A DNA stretch of 64,000 nucleotides from positions 434,001 to 498,000 of the forward strand of contig NW_026782002.1 in the NCBI RefSeq assembly GCF_031769215.1. Reading direction: 5' to 3'. The notes beneath the pieces were generated by a model. It ran no database searches, had not been told where the DNA came from, and saw only the letters and a program-made list of their open reading frames with translations. Positions 50,201-63,013 of this stretch are shown here, piece after piece (positions within the stretch are counted from its first letter, which is position 1; each line of letters opens with the position of its first letter). Source of the DNA: Ylistrum balloti (taxonomy: Eukaryota). The translations under genes and the position numbers were made by a program.

Positions 50201-53200
50201 ACATCGTCTACATGCAGTTCTATTTAAATATAACTCTACATCGTCTACATGCAGTTCTATTTAAATATAACTCTACATCGTCTACATGCAGTTCTATTCA
50301 AATATAACTCTACATCGTCTACATGCAGTTCTATTTAAATATAACTCTACATCGTCTACATGCAGTTCTATTTAAATATAACCCTACATTGTCTACATGC
50401 AGTTCTATTTAAATATAACCCTACATTGTCTACATGCAGTTCTATTTAAATATAACCCTACATTGTCTACATGCAGTTCTATTTAAATATAACCCTACAT
50501 TGTCTACATGCCGTTCTATTAAAATATAACTCTACATCGTCTACATGCCGTTCTATTAAAATATAACTCTACATCGTCTACATGCCGTTCTATTAAAATA
50601 TAACTCTACATCGTCTACATGCAGTTCTATTTAAATATAACCCTACATCGTCTACATGCCGTTCTATTTAAATATAACCCTACATCGTCTACATGCAGTT
50701 CTATTTAAATATAACTCTACATCGTCTACATGCAGTTCTATTTAAATATAACCCTACATCGTCTACATGCAGTTCTATTTAAATATAACCCTACATTGTC
50801 TACGTGCAGTTCTATTTAAATATAACCCTACATTGTCTACATGCAGTTCTATTTAAATACAACTCTACATCGTCTACATGCCGTTCTATTTAAATATAAC
50901 CCTACATCGTCTACATGCAGTTCTATTTAAATATAACCCTACATCGTCTACATGCAGTTCTATTTAAATATAACCCTACATTGTCTACATGCCGTTTTAT
51001 TAAAATATAACTCTACATCGTCTAGGCATCATCTAAATAAACCTAATGAATCCTTCTATAGTTCAAGGTCATATTTATCTCTGACAATCAGTTGATATCA
51101 AAATAATCACAGGCATATCAATAGACAATATCAGATCTTTGTGTAAATATAAACAGGAACGTTAGGGAAATGTTTCCATAATTCCTGAAAACTGAGAACA
51201 ATATCCTCACTCTTTTTATTAGACATGTGATGTGAACCCTCAGCTTCTATCCAGCATTCCAGCAGAAGAGGAACCAGCACCTGTACCAACTTCTCCATTC
51301 CTCCTTCCCCTGTCAGAGCGTATCCTTCTTCTGTTGATTTCTTGTTAGAAATCTGACCAGACCTATCAACATAACCAGGGAAATGATGTTTACTATTTTA
51401 CTAGTGTGTACTGTATATCAATCTTCATTGAAATATTTTTTTATTCTTTACGTTGTGTATGCAATTATTCTATTTTTGGAAATGAACCAAATGAACAGTG
51501 ATCTTTTGTTCAAAGTATAAGTTAATTTTATTATCATCTCAGGACACTGAGAGGATAAGAACAGGACAAATGTAATAGCAGGGTATGGTGAAAATTAAGT
51601 AACTTCTGTAAAATTTAGAGACCTGAAAATGTTAGTAGATTATACGCATAACAAAGTCAATAAGTGTACTGAAACTGTAAGTAATGTCCTACTTCACATA
51701 GTTATGTGTACTACCTATACACAAATCTGTCCAAAAAAGGGGAGTAACTCTACATGAATAATCTTAAAATTTGAAGTAACTGGTTAATAAATGTTTCTAA
51801 AATTAACTGTTTAGCATATTCTCATAGGAGCAATATCATATGAAACTATTCTTGGCCAACTAACTTGGCCAATTTTTTGCAAGCTTGCCAATTTTTTTAG
51901 TTATAGTGAAATGTTTGCAAACTAATTACACATATTACATGATCAACAATCATATCAAACAACATTGGATTATTCATAAACTACGTTATAGTCAGCAGAG
52001 TGTTAACAAGCATGTCAATGTTTTTGGTCACTGTGAAAGCGGTGAAAGAACAAGGAAAACACACATTCCTATAAAGTGCCCCGACCAGGAATCTAACCCG
52101 AGTCTCCAGCATGAAAATCAACCAGCTCTATCAAATGAGACACAGATGCATGCTCCATCAGCTGTGTGATAGAGGCCGTATTTAATACCATGTACAAGCC
52201 ACATTGACCCCCTCCTTCTTTTTATATGTTTGAACATCAAAATTCACCATCAGTACCAGCTTTGGACTCCTACCTTATGTGCATGCCACTAGATTCAATC
52301 CTAGATAAAAATGTCTGAGGTATTGGTAAACGTCCAGAATTACTGTCCCTCTCCCACTTGACAGTTTTCCCACAAGACTTGGTTGTCAGGTTTCCTGGTT
52401 CATCAGATTCTTGGTTTTCCATTGTTTTACCAGTAAGTTGGTACTTTATAACAGCTGATAACAATTTGTGAAGTCTTTCCAGAACAGTGCTTCTCCATTT
52501 TTGTGATGTGGTTTTTCTGTTTGGATTCACATTTAGGGTCCTTTTTTTATCACCTGTGGTTTGTGAGGAAGAAATCTGTTCAATAAAATTAGCAAGTAGC
52601 TGATTAGAGCTCCCTATAACAAGCTGAGGGAAATTCTCAATAAAAAGATCAAGTATTCTGAGGGAGTCCGCCTGTATTTCATCATATATGTGTGACATCG
52701 AACAACACAAGTGAGCACTGATGATCGGGAAGAAGGACGAAATCTGACGCTGTGATATATGAGGTAAGATAGTTTTCAGAAGCTTGATGTCAGCTTGTCG
52801 TACTGCAGCATCTTTGTCAGAAAACATTGATGCAGCGCGTTCAAGAACCACTGCCAAGTGTGACCTTATAAGGTTAGGATAGGTCGTTAAGAGTTCACGC
52901 ATTCCTGTCAGGGCGTCGTGTCGAACAGATATACTGTAGTGTTGACACTGGGTCAGGAGCTCCTACAATTGTAATCCAAACATCCATTAAATGCATAAAT
53001 TAATTCAAATTATGATTACGTAACCATTACAATAAAAAAATTAATGTATCAATCTGATATGAAACACGCTGTGAAAGGAATTTTCCAAGAACTCAATTTT
53101 CATGTCTTTTTTTTTAATACTGTATCGTGTACACATGGAATAATACAAGGTAATAACTAATGCTTAAAATAAAACCCCACAAAAAATCATGATTTTACAG

Positions 53201-53714
53201 TAACAAAACCAGAAAATGATCTACCAACAATCCTAGTGGATATTTAACAAGTAACCGCAGTGTATTCCTGCCAACGTATTTGCTATATATTTATTGTTTT
53301 TTCACACTCTACAAAATGACAGTGAAAAAACCATTGAGCCCTACGCATACATAATATTTAGGTCCAAGGAGCACAGTGTTTTCTGTACTTTCAAGTTGAG
53401 AACTACACCACATTTGATACTTTGTGTGTACTTTAAAGTTCCTCTTACAAAAAACTCAGAAGACTGTGTAAAACATGAGTGACAGTAGAAGTAAGTAATC
53501 AGCATTAGTCTTTGTTAAAATAATAATACTTTACCTTGATGTTAAGATTTCGTTTTGTACTCGGCTGAGAATCATTGGACTTGAGATGTTGTATCACTTG
53601 TATAGATCTTGTCTGGAAACTGCCTGTAGTCACATTATCAGCTTTTTTCAGCTGCTTTCCAACCTTAAGTTTCACTTTCTGAAAATCCCTCTTCTTTTTC
53701 TTTGCTTTACCCAT
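41260..53714 (-). CDS. TEX10: Testis-expressed protein 10 / IPI1 (rixosome/5FMC subunit), ~904 aa, 14 coding exons
   Basis: Exons (minus strand): 53714-53535, 52962-52274, 51362-51211, 49869-49766, 49319-49194, 48752-48536, 46870-46565, 46277-46100, 45824-45748, 45081-44954, 44629-44549, 44244-43968, 42602-42475, 41331-41260 (TGA). Total 2715 nt, all phases consistent. Motifs: MGKAKKKKRDFQKVKLKVGK, ELLTQCQHYSISVRHDALTGMRELL, FSDKDAAVR, HLCCSMSHIYDEIQADSLRILD, LVPLLLECWIEA, KKYLADFKSQFLQNFPY, KQWWSDFLY. Exon 45081-44954 is the least certain. Confidence 0.92.
41690..42440 (-). mobile_element. Degenerate HINE-like element with internal repeats, in a TEX10 intron
   Basis: Three related segments containing TGGTCAAGACCAT/TGGTCAGGACAT..GCTGA at ~41770, ~42080 and ~42360; CAAGATGG motifs. 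Confidence 0.45.
43601..43835 (+). mobile_element. tRNA-derived SINE with Deu/Nin-type central domain
   Basis: A box TGGCGCAGTGG, B box GGTTCAATTCC, core GGGTTTTCCCCGGATACTCCGGTTTCCTCCCAC, 3' AAATAAATAAA tail. Lies in a TEX10 intron, antisense to the gene. Confidence 0.85.
47581..48360. repeat. 60 bp minisatellite, ~13 copies, in a TEX10 intron
   Basis: Unit TTACCTCTGGTTCAGGAGATGGGGGTAATTACAGGACAATAAGTCCTGGGGGCCAACACA; the units line up with the 60-column rows. Confidence 0.95.
50174..51025. repeat. 37 bp minisatellite, ~23 copies, in a TEX10 intron
   Basis: Unit TTCTATTTAAATATAAC(T/C)CTACAT(C/T)GTCTACATGC(A/C)G. Confidence 0.95.
52000..52156 (-). mobile_element. Degenerate tRNA-derived SINE
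   Basis: Minus strand shows a decayed A box (TCTCATTTGATAGAGC) and B box (GGTTAGATTCC). Confidence 0.45.
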
Positions 53715-54973
53715 GGTCACTAGATGAATGTAAATTAAATGTATTGTACATTTTGTATTTATCAATTCTAATATAATAATAGATTTAATCAAATTCAATA
53801 AATTCCAAATTCAATCTACAATAAAATATTACTGTTCTTGCTACTTGTGACTGATTATTTTAATATACAATATACAAAGTGTATGTACATGCCACAATCA
53901 ACTACACTTTTACATGTAAAATTAATGCAATATCCAATTTTGGACTGGATTCCCACATTGATAAATCAATCAGATTCCGCAATTTGTAATAATTTTATCT
54001 AGTGTAAAAAGGAGATGAAATATTGGGAGGCCTCGTAAAACAATAAATTTTTTGTCCTAGCATAAAGTTGTTTTACTTCCTTGTCTGTTGTTTGACGGGG
54101 AGTATTTTTCTCTTGCAGGGTTAATCAAGTTTTTGGTTTGAGTATAGATACTTTTCATTAGACATCAGTTATTCCTTGTGGAAAGGCAGTACAGGAAGGG
54201 TGTCTTTTCTCATTCCCTAAAAGTTTTGTTGAACACCACCAAAGGAGGGACATAAGTAGTTTGTGTTTTTCCCATCTATCCACTCTGATTGTAAGCTAGT
54301 GGGAAAGGGAAACTGTTATATTTGTGGTTATGAGTACTCTTTGCCTTATTTTCTGCAGGAACATAGTCTACGATATATATCAAAGGTAGAAGCGCAATAT
54401 ATGTACAATGTATTTCAATACATGTACAATGTACATTACAAATTACTCTGGTGTTCTTTTGACCTTATTGTGATCTGGCATCAATGGACCAACACGAAAA
54501 ACTAATACATGTATATTCTACTTATAAAATTACAAGTGTTGTTATTAAGCTTTAGGATGATTACATGTTGTCACAAATTATTTACATATACAGAAGTATG
54601 TGCTAACTGACAGGTATAATATATACAAGTTTGATTTGGTTTGTGAGTTTATGCTTTATTGATAATTGGATAGGAAACTTTCATGATTGTTTACTATTTC
54701 TTGCACAGTATTGTCAGTAGGAGCTCATATTTGTATGGGTTTTTTCCAGCAGTAGCTAGGCCTCATGTTCAAGGCTGGTACATGTACATTGTATCGTCCT
54801 GACATTGGTTCCAATCCGCTATATATTTCAGTGCTGCCATTTTGTTTAACTGTATTATGTGAGCTATTGACTTACACCAGTGATTTTTGTTACTCTAACA
54901 TGTGATTAAATCCATTCATCATAAAATATTATGAGTATTTGTTCCATTGGCCAATTTGGATACTTTTTTCTTA

Positions 54974-55153
54974 CAGGGCTCTTGATTTGCTTAATTTGGT
55001 GCCAATAATATTCGGCCCCATTCCCAATGAAAAATAGTATCTTTTTTTCCCAATTTAGACCCCAAGTTCTCCCAATTGTAAGGAAAACACCATTATTTTT
55101 CCCAGTTCTAAGGGCCCTGGGCCCCAGTCCCAAAATGGGGTGTGAGGGCCCTG
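54974..55153. mobile_element. 180 bp MITE, CAGGGC termini, TCTTA flanking repeat
   Basis: Ends CAGGGCTC...GGGCCCTG; direct repeat TCTTA at 54969-54973 and 55154-55158; internal TTCCCAAT repeats. Confidence 0.5.
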
Positions 55154-55334
55154 TCTTAATACCCATTTTGACATGTCAAATATCCTCCCAGATATCATGA
55201 AATGGCCCATTAATCCATTTCCAATCTGAATAATTTTTATTTTTTTTTTTTTCATTTCTGGGCCACTGTGAGGCTCGATCAAGCACCTCTGTGATCCAGT
55301 GATGTCACCAAAAACATAAGTGTAAACATGTAGT

Positions 55335-55680
55335 GGAGTGTCCAGCTAGAGACCAAAAGGTGGCTAGTTAGAATCCCTCTAGGGGCATGTTTTTCATTAC
55401 TCCTTCCTATTACAGATTTGGTGTTGTTGATTACTAAAAGGATAGAAGCTAAATGAGACTAAGATGCTTCCTTGGAGGTATGGAACCTGGGTTGTTGCAG
55501 TCTTCTGGATCGGAGACATCATGAAAGAGGAAGTAGTGTAGAAGTTGAGAGTACAGGCCACCTAACCAGCAATGGCTTGTGGGAATTTCCCTTAGTCAAG
55601 CAGTAGTGTCCGACTAGAAACAAAAAGGTCACCAAATCGAACCAGGTATTTTTCATTTCTCCTTCCTATTACAGAGGTAA
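55335..55680 (+). mobile_element. Two degenerate copies of a tRNA-like SINE head
   Basis: Both copies (~55340 and ~55600) share AGTGTCC(A/G)(G/A)CTAGA(G/A)AC(C/A)AAAAGGT...TTTTTCATT(A/T)CTCCTTCCTATTACAGA. A third copy lies on the minus strand at ~40295-40400. Confidence 0.5.
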
Positions 55681-56043
55681 GGCTCACTTGTTTACATTTG
55701 CCCTATACACGTAAAGCAAGATTTACTGGTGCTCCAGTGCCTGTATGTTCTGTACTTATGACCAAAGACGTATATGACACCTCCTTGGGACTCGTTTATG
55801 TATGATGTTTGACAAGATCCCTAATCCGGCGAGCGATGTTGTCAAACGTCCGATATAAAGGAGTTCCAATTAAGGCGAAATCACAGAAGGGATAATATAC
55901 GTCTCTGCTATGGCCAGTGCTGTGAGTGATTGTTTCGGGACAGACAATTTCCGTGTCAATTAGACTGCGCCATAACATGTTGTTTTCATCTTTTTGTCGG
56001 AATTGTGTATGTAGCAATGTTCGCCTTCAAAATTATCGACAAA

Positions 56044-56462
56044 ACTTACCTCACAAAACACTCCCTAGAGTTGTTATGTTTATAAAGTTGACATCCACGT
56101 GGTTTAGCCGGAACCTTGCTAGTCCTCTCTATAAAGTTAATAAAGTCTGAGAGCAATCGAAAAGAAAATTATTTTACAAAATTGTATTTGGAAAGCAATT
56201 TTATTCAAAATGTTGACGTTTGATCAGTAATAAAAAACTAAACAAAACAATTAATATTTTACTTATAGGTTACTATTTATAACTTATTATCAATTACTTC
56301 TCAGCTCTTGACTGTAAAATAATGATTCGTTTACATGTAAATAAGTCTTTCGGATTCGTAAAATATATAAATCAATAGTATGGAGGCTGTCGACGCGGCA
56401 GATTAGTTTCTGTTTGTCGTTCTTAACTTATTCTGGCCGATTAGCACTGAAATTATGTAAGT
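56044..56462. promoter_or_regulatory. Putative bidirectional promoter with non-coding first exons of TEX10 (-) and SWEET (+)
   Basis: Minus-strand donor GAG|GTAAGT (exon end 56050) and plus-strand donor TAT|GTAAGT (56457) face away from each other. Acceptors lie just before both start codons (53719 on -, 57197 on +). Local CpG enrichment; CCACGTGG E-box at ~56095 and CCGGAA at ~56108. Confidence 0.55.
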
Positions 56463-56943
56463 ATTTCGTGTGATACTGTGGGTATTTAATTACTAAACAT
56501 GCGTGATGTCAATCCTGAATTCCTTATATCTTATTTCGTGTGAATTATTGATTGAACATCTGAAACAATTTGACAGGTGTGTTTCCTTGCTCTGTTGCAC
56601 TCATGCCATGGCCAGTCACCATTTACAGATTAAAACTTACAATTAGCAACATTCATTTATATAACATCTTCAAACAAAAGTTTGTACATTCTGACAGAGT
56701 GAGTAGTGTATTCCTTCACTTCACAGCTGGATACTCAACGGTATGCAGGTTGATTGAGCAATAACAACCAGAGTTTGACCTGAGGCTGAAGAAGACCGGG
56801 AGGGCAAAACCGGTCGACAATACCGAATTAAATACATCAACTCTTGTTGTGATTGATATACATATCATGTAAATGTGTTATGTGTTTGGAAAATAACTGA
56901 GATATAAATATATACGCCTACAAAGAAAAAGGTACCACTGGGG

Positions 56944-57074
56944 NNNNNNNNNNNNNNNNNNNNNNNNNNNNNNNNNNNNNNNNNNNNNNNNNNNNNNNNN
57001 NNNNNNNNNNNNNNNNNNNNNNNNNNNNNNNNNNNNNNNNNNNNNNNNNNNNNNNNNNNNNNNNNNNNNNNNNN
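56944..57074. other. Assembly gap (131 N) in the presumed first intron of SWEET
   Basis: Run of N. Confidence 1.
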
Positions 57075-57210
57075 TGAAAACCTCATATGGCTTATAAATT
57101 TAGCATACGAATAGCCTACATATGTATGCTTAAACAGAATAAATTCTTGAAGTAACACAATAATGTACATTATATGAAAGTTTTCTTTTTTTTCAGTGAA
57201 CTGATGTTCA

Positions 57211-60200
57211 ATGGAGTTCACAGAAGTGGTTGGCTGGATGGCCTTCACCACCTCTGTAATTGTCCAGCTAGTTGGAATGTAAGTATAAGTCAATGTTAGA
57301 ATTGATACAAAAACAATATACCTGTGTAAATAGATAGGATGTCAAATATTGAAATTTGAAGATCTTACTATTTTAGATACCTACTGTTTATGATTTATTT
57401 TTCATATTTCAAGTAGACAATTAATTTAACCAAAAAAATAATATATAGACAATACTTGCAAATGGAGAAATTGAATACTGAATTTAGGTAGAGTAAAATC
57501 AAAATAATGCAAGTTATCAGTTATAGTTTTGTATTCATTCCAGTGAGGTGTGTATGAGAATTATAAAGAAGGGATCAACAGGAGATATATCACCTATCCC
57601 ATTCCTTACCTACTTCATAGTGTAAGTAGATGTCACTGTTTCTCATTTACTTTCTTGTGTGATTATCATTCACCTGTACCATTTTTGAATTTATTATCAG
57701 AAATACAATTTAAGCATTTTCAATTGAACAACTAACTCACAGATAACTTTCTCTTTCATTAAGTATCCCAAATAGAAGAATCGGCCATTTGCTGTGAGCT
57801 AGTATTATATAGATCTAGCCTTAGTGGTTGGTTTAACAATTCTTGAACATGCACCAGTGCTGTTTTTGTTTGGTGAAAACTTCAGTCATATTTGTGTACC
57901 CTGAGCTACCAAGGTGCATAATAGGAATTTGTTTTCTTGTATTTTCTTTATACATCAGTATGTTATAAACCATCGATTTACTTAAATATATTTTTTAATT
58001 TGATTTCATTAAAATAGAAATTTTATACTTTAGTACAATGTATTGAGAAATTGGAAGAATTGGTATTTAAAATATTGCATCATAATGTGGTCTAAAATTA
58101 AAGCTTTTTGGATATTTTATATGTCCTTTAATAAATACATGTATTGTATATAATGATATAATAGAACTATTTTCAATAGACCGTATTGATCTGATAGACA
58201 CCTGTGGCAGAGTATTTCTGTTGCACAATGTAATGGCCCATGTAACAGCTGTTACATATGGTATGTTCGACATGTGGTGTTCTGCTGGTGACACCTCTGT
58301 AAAAGGATAGTTTACAAGTCTCTATAGATGAAATGGAAAAGATAGAAAATTATTAAAATCATATATACTGTACTTATCTGTCACAATGGCTAATCTCCAT
58401 GGAAATCCATTCTTTAATTTCCTCAAGTTCAATTATGTTGCTTAGCAGTAGATTTTTTCATCATTTCAAATAACAACTTTCTTTTCATGTATATGTATGT
58501 GACATTTCTGGTTTTAGACATGTTTTCTGTAAGTATACATTATTTTGTGTGATCTTGTCATTGTAGTTTTATCTTCACAGTATAACTGTAGTAATTTAAC
58601 CCACTTAATATTCCTTATGGAAATATTTGGTAACTGATTTTTTTCCTTTACATTTATATGATTTCTCTAACTGGTTTGATTGTGATTTGATCATTTTCAC
58701 AGATTATGAGGGCCTTCATACTTGTACTTGCTCCTTGACATAATGTGGCCATTGTATCATCTATCATGAAATTTTTGTTAAATCAACTTCTAAGTTATTA
58801 GAAGGCCTAGGTTCATGACATTTTTTGCTGGTGTAGTATGCTGGTACATAAGGATATCTAGTCTCACAAAAATATATAATATATGTTGTCCCCAAAAAAT
58901 TACTTACAAATTTTCCAAAAGGTTCTGATATACAAAATTCTTTTCACATATATTCTTACTGACTTGAAGACAATTTACCTATAAATTAAATATTAATACA
59001 TTTGGAATTTACATGTTCCCAGTAGTGTCAATGATTATGATTCTAGCTTGACAGGAACATGAGACCTCTTGTTTGCAACCAGATGAAACATTTCTATAGA
59101 AAATATTTTTATAGCACACTAACCAGAAGCTTAAGCTTCTCCATATTGACTTGTTTTAGTCAAACCTGTAAACAAAAATTTCATCCATGAACTGATAACT
59201 TATTACAAAAGCACTGTTTAAATAGGCTTTGCAAACACTAAAATTGCAATAGATGTTTTTAAACACATTTTCATACAGATTTCAGATTTTATTAATTTTT
59301 AGCACTTGCGACTATACTTTTGTTTTTGCCAAAGGTGTGCGCAAAATGCTTATTGATTCTTTTAATTGTGAGCTTATTACTGACACACATATTTGAAAAG
59401 CAGACAAAATGTTAGATCGTTAGTAGAAAAAATTCAAATTTTGACCAATTGATTTTTCTTTGATTATTTATAATTATATCCACAAATAAACTGACAGCTA
59501 TGTAATCATAGCTGGTAAAAAAATGTGTTGTTTTCATAGACAATATAAATGCCAACTCTAGTAAAAGAAATTGAAAGTTTGAAACTGAGTATGAGGTTGG
59601 GATTTGTGGATTCTTTACAATAGTTTTCTTTACACTTATTATTAAGATATGGTCTTTTTTCAGATGGATGCACAAACAATATTTTCAATGTTAAAACAAT
59701 ATCAGTTTTTGAATGTTATGAATTTAATCTTTGTAATAATGTAAAGTGAGATAATGAGATATTTTTCAATATACCTATGTTTTTTGTGTTACAGAGCATG
59801 CCTGTGGGCCAAGTATGGCATCATACAAAACATCACACAAGTCCTTGTCGTTAACTCATTCGCCTCGCTCCTCCAGTTCTTCTATCTTGTCATTTACTAT
59901 ATATTTACTGTTAGAAAGGTAAGATGGTGGTAGCAGCCTAACGAACAAATAAAAAAACTTTATCTTATTTCTCCGTTAATATCAGAGATTTTTGTGACCT
60001 TTTTATCTCATTTTTGGTGGAAAATTGTTCAATATGAAAGGAAATTTCAGAGAATAAACTATTTATCTTTAAATACAGCTATAAAGATAAAATCTAGTTG
60101 GGGAGTGGAGCCCATTTTCAGCCCCAGAAAAGTCCATGACTTTATATGTGACCAGTTTCTGGAAAATATTAAGAATGTGTTATTAGTTTTGTTTATTTCA

Positions 60201-63013
60201 ATGTCCTGTAGACCACCCCTGACTTTCATTTAAAGGTCATGTGTACATATTTCCTCCCCTGGACTTTTTCAGAAAAAAAAACCATTATAATTATATTTTA
60301 CATCGCTACATTAGGATTCAAACCAGCTTCCTCCTTCAAGTCGTTTGCCAAACTTCATATTTGTTCACCAAATTATAAATTCAGGAGTCAGATATAACGG
60401 AGTTAAAAAGTATCATGTTTAGACATACAGAATAAAGACTAATTTTTTCTAGTTAATTTAATATTTTAATTGTTTAATAGACATTACCGATACTTTTGGT
60501 ACTCATTTCAAAATAGTGTTTATTGATACAGGGTCTATGTGATTAAGGAAAAAAATTATCTGACGGTCAGCAGTAAGGAAAAGAATGGTGTTATCATTTT
60601 TATAAAGTTCATATTTTACAAACAGATCCAACGGTCAGTGGTAAGGGGTCATATTCAGATAATCACAATGCTTTCAATACAACAGAAGTTTTTCATCCCA
60701 TCAAAACTCGTCTCTCATATACCTGTTTAGCAGCATGTGTAAATTTGAGTAAAAAGATGAATAAATGGAACAGTCAAAAGAAGCAGAGTTGAAAATTAAG
60801 GTTGTTATGATAATGGAAAATGAGAATCCACATTTAACACATACATTTTCCAATCCAACATTTTTAGTTAAGGTGTCTGGCAAAGGGTGTAGCCATTTTG
60901 GTATGGTTGAGATTTGGGACACTGGGTCATTATCTGTTTAATAATGATCAATCGTAATGTGTACCAAAGAGAAACGGGCCCCGGCAACATTTTTGCAGTC
61001 ACAATTTTGATTGGTTAGTTGCATTGGAATGCTATCTGAATGAGACCTCTAAACGACCAATGTCTAATTCTGATAACATAGAGTATGATGATCTATATCT
61101 TAACCACTTCGCTGTGAAAAAACATTAATGCAAATATGTAATAGATTATTATGTATCTGTTTTTTTACAGTCCCAGTTTGTGAAGTTATTTTTCGTGAGC
61201 AGTGTGATACTATTCCTGCCTTTAATCTATGTCAAGTATTACCAGAAGGATGAGGCGTTAGCTACAGCCCACTTTGGCTCATTCTGTGTCCTTATGTCTA
61301 TTATAGCATACGGAGCTCCTCTTGCCTCTCTGGTAAGATTTTTATGATAAAGGACAGATGATATATTATAATCAAGTCACTTTAAGTAAAAGTTTCTCAT
61401 ATATTCCTTTAAAGGAAATGTAATAATAATCTAGATGTTATCTGCATTCAGTTTGGTGTTCTGGGTTTTTTTTTTTTTTTTGGGGGGGGGGGGGGGGGGT
61501 TCAATATACATGTATGTATTTTGTTTTTTAGGTATTTTCTTTCAAGAAGAACAAAATCATGAAAAAATCATTTTTGAAAGTAAAATTTCTTGAGAAATCT
61601 ACAGTTTGCTTCACAATTACCATGAAAATTCAATCATTTTTGCATCAAAATTGTGGTAAAATTCTAAAATATGGAACCATTGAGGATATAGTAAACTTCA
61701 ATGTAATATGGTATTTTTCATGTAATTTTGATGTGGTATACATGTGATGTTTCACTCATGGAAATTTTAAGATTTGATGGAAAATGAAAGACAACTAGAG
61801 AAAAGTCATTGGGCGTTGATTACTTCTTTACATAGTAGCATGATATATTTTACTTGTAATATACTTCTACAATGAAATTTCCTTGAAAATAAAATACAAG
61901 TAGAATTTGTATTTACTACCACAAGAACAACATCAAAATACCTATGTTTTACAGTTTTAATGAGAATTTTGTTGTGTTTTTTTAGTTTTATGTCGCAGGT
62001 TTCATATTAGCTGGTGAATTATATGAATCATGACTATGTACGATATTTGAATTGCCATAATGCCTTGTGATACTGTAATTGTCTTTGCTTTCTGTTGACA
62101 GAAGGATGTCGTAAGAACAAAAAGCACAGAATGTATGTCATTTCCGGTGGTGTTTGCTAACTTTGTGGTAGCTATTGAATGGTTTGTGTATGGAATCACT
62201 ATCAAAGATATAAATGTACAGGTAAGTACCATACATAAGATGTTATCATATACTGCGTGAAAAGAATTTTTCAGTTAAATATTCTCCCAATCCAGATAAA
62301 TCAAATGAGTACTACCACATATCTATACTAAATACCTTCGTTCTGAATACTATAAATCAATTTTGAGTGGTTATCCTTTTTCAGTTTTTCAAGATGGAAA
62401 GAAATCAGAAAGTTTTAAAAATTTAAAAAAAAAATTGAAAATGAAAATTGAGAAAGAAGATTTTTTCAGCTCCATTGTTTCAGTGAAATATGCATCTGCC
62501 TTAGTTTATCTTGATATAACCACAACATTCAGTTATTTGAATATAAAATATTGTTCTTCTTTGTATAGTAAGTTGAATCCTAGCTTTGCTATCAATAATG
62601 TGAAAGAAATTGTTTTTACTGTGGAGATAATACTTCTCAGTATACACCATGGGGTATTTTACAACTGTATATAGCTAAACATTACTTATACATTAATATG
62701 TGTAATTTTGAAAGAGTTGATAACAATCAATTGCATATCCATGATGAATGTTTAGAAACTTTGGAATACAAGAGCTAATATATACCATATTGTCACAAAA
62801 AAGTTTTAATCAGCATCACAATTAAAGTTCGTAAGAAAAAAGAAAAAAAATGTTCTTTCATCTTATGTGTACACTGTGCTGATAGCTAATTAAACTTTCG
62901 TTGTTTGTTTTCAGTGCTCAAATTTCCTTGGTGCAGTGTTGTGTTTTATACAACTAGGATTGTTTATAAAGTACCCTTCTAAACCAAAACAGACGTCCAC
63001 CACTGTTTTGTGA
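57211..63013 (+). CDS. SLC50A1: SWEET sugar transporter (SWEET1/MtN3 family), 216 aa, 6 coding exons
   Basis: Exons 57211-57278, 57544-57621, 59795-59918, 61171-61332, 62102-62221, 62915-63013 (TGA). Total 651 nt. Two MtN3 repeats: KKGSTGDISPIPF...LWAKYG...VVN and APLASLKDVVRTKSTECMSFP...EWFVYGITIKD...SNFLG. Internal exon sizes 78/124/162/120 match my recollection of vertebrate SLC50A1. Confidence 0.93.

Noticed and set aside
55796-56150. Short protein-like ORFs near the TEX10 5' end
   Set aside because: They lie in a promoter-proximal CpG-retaining region, lack convincing splice sites and match no known family.
56865-57293. 142 aa ORF
   Set aside because: Artefact spanning the N gap.
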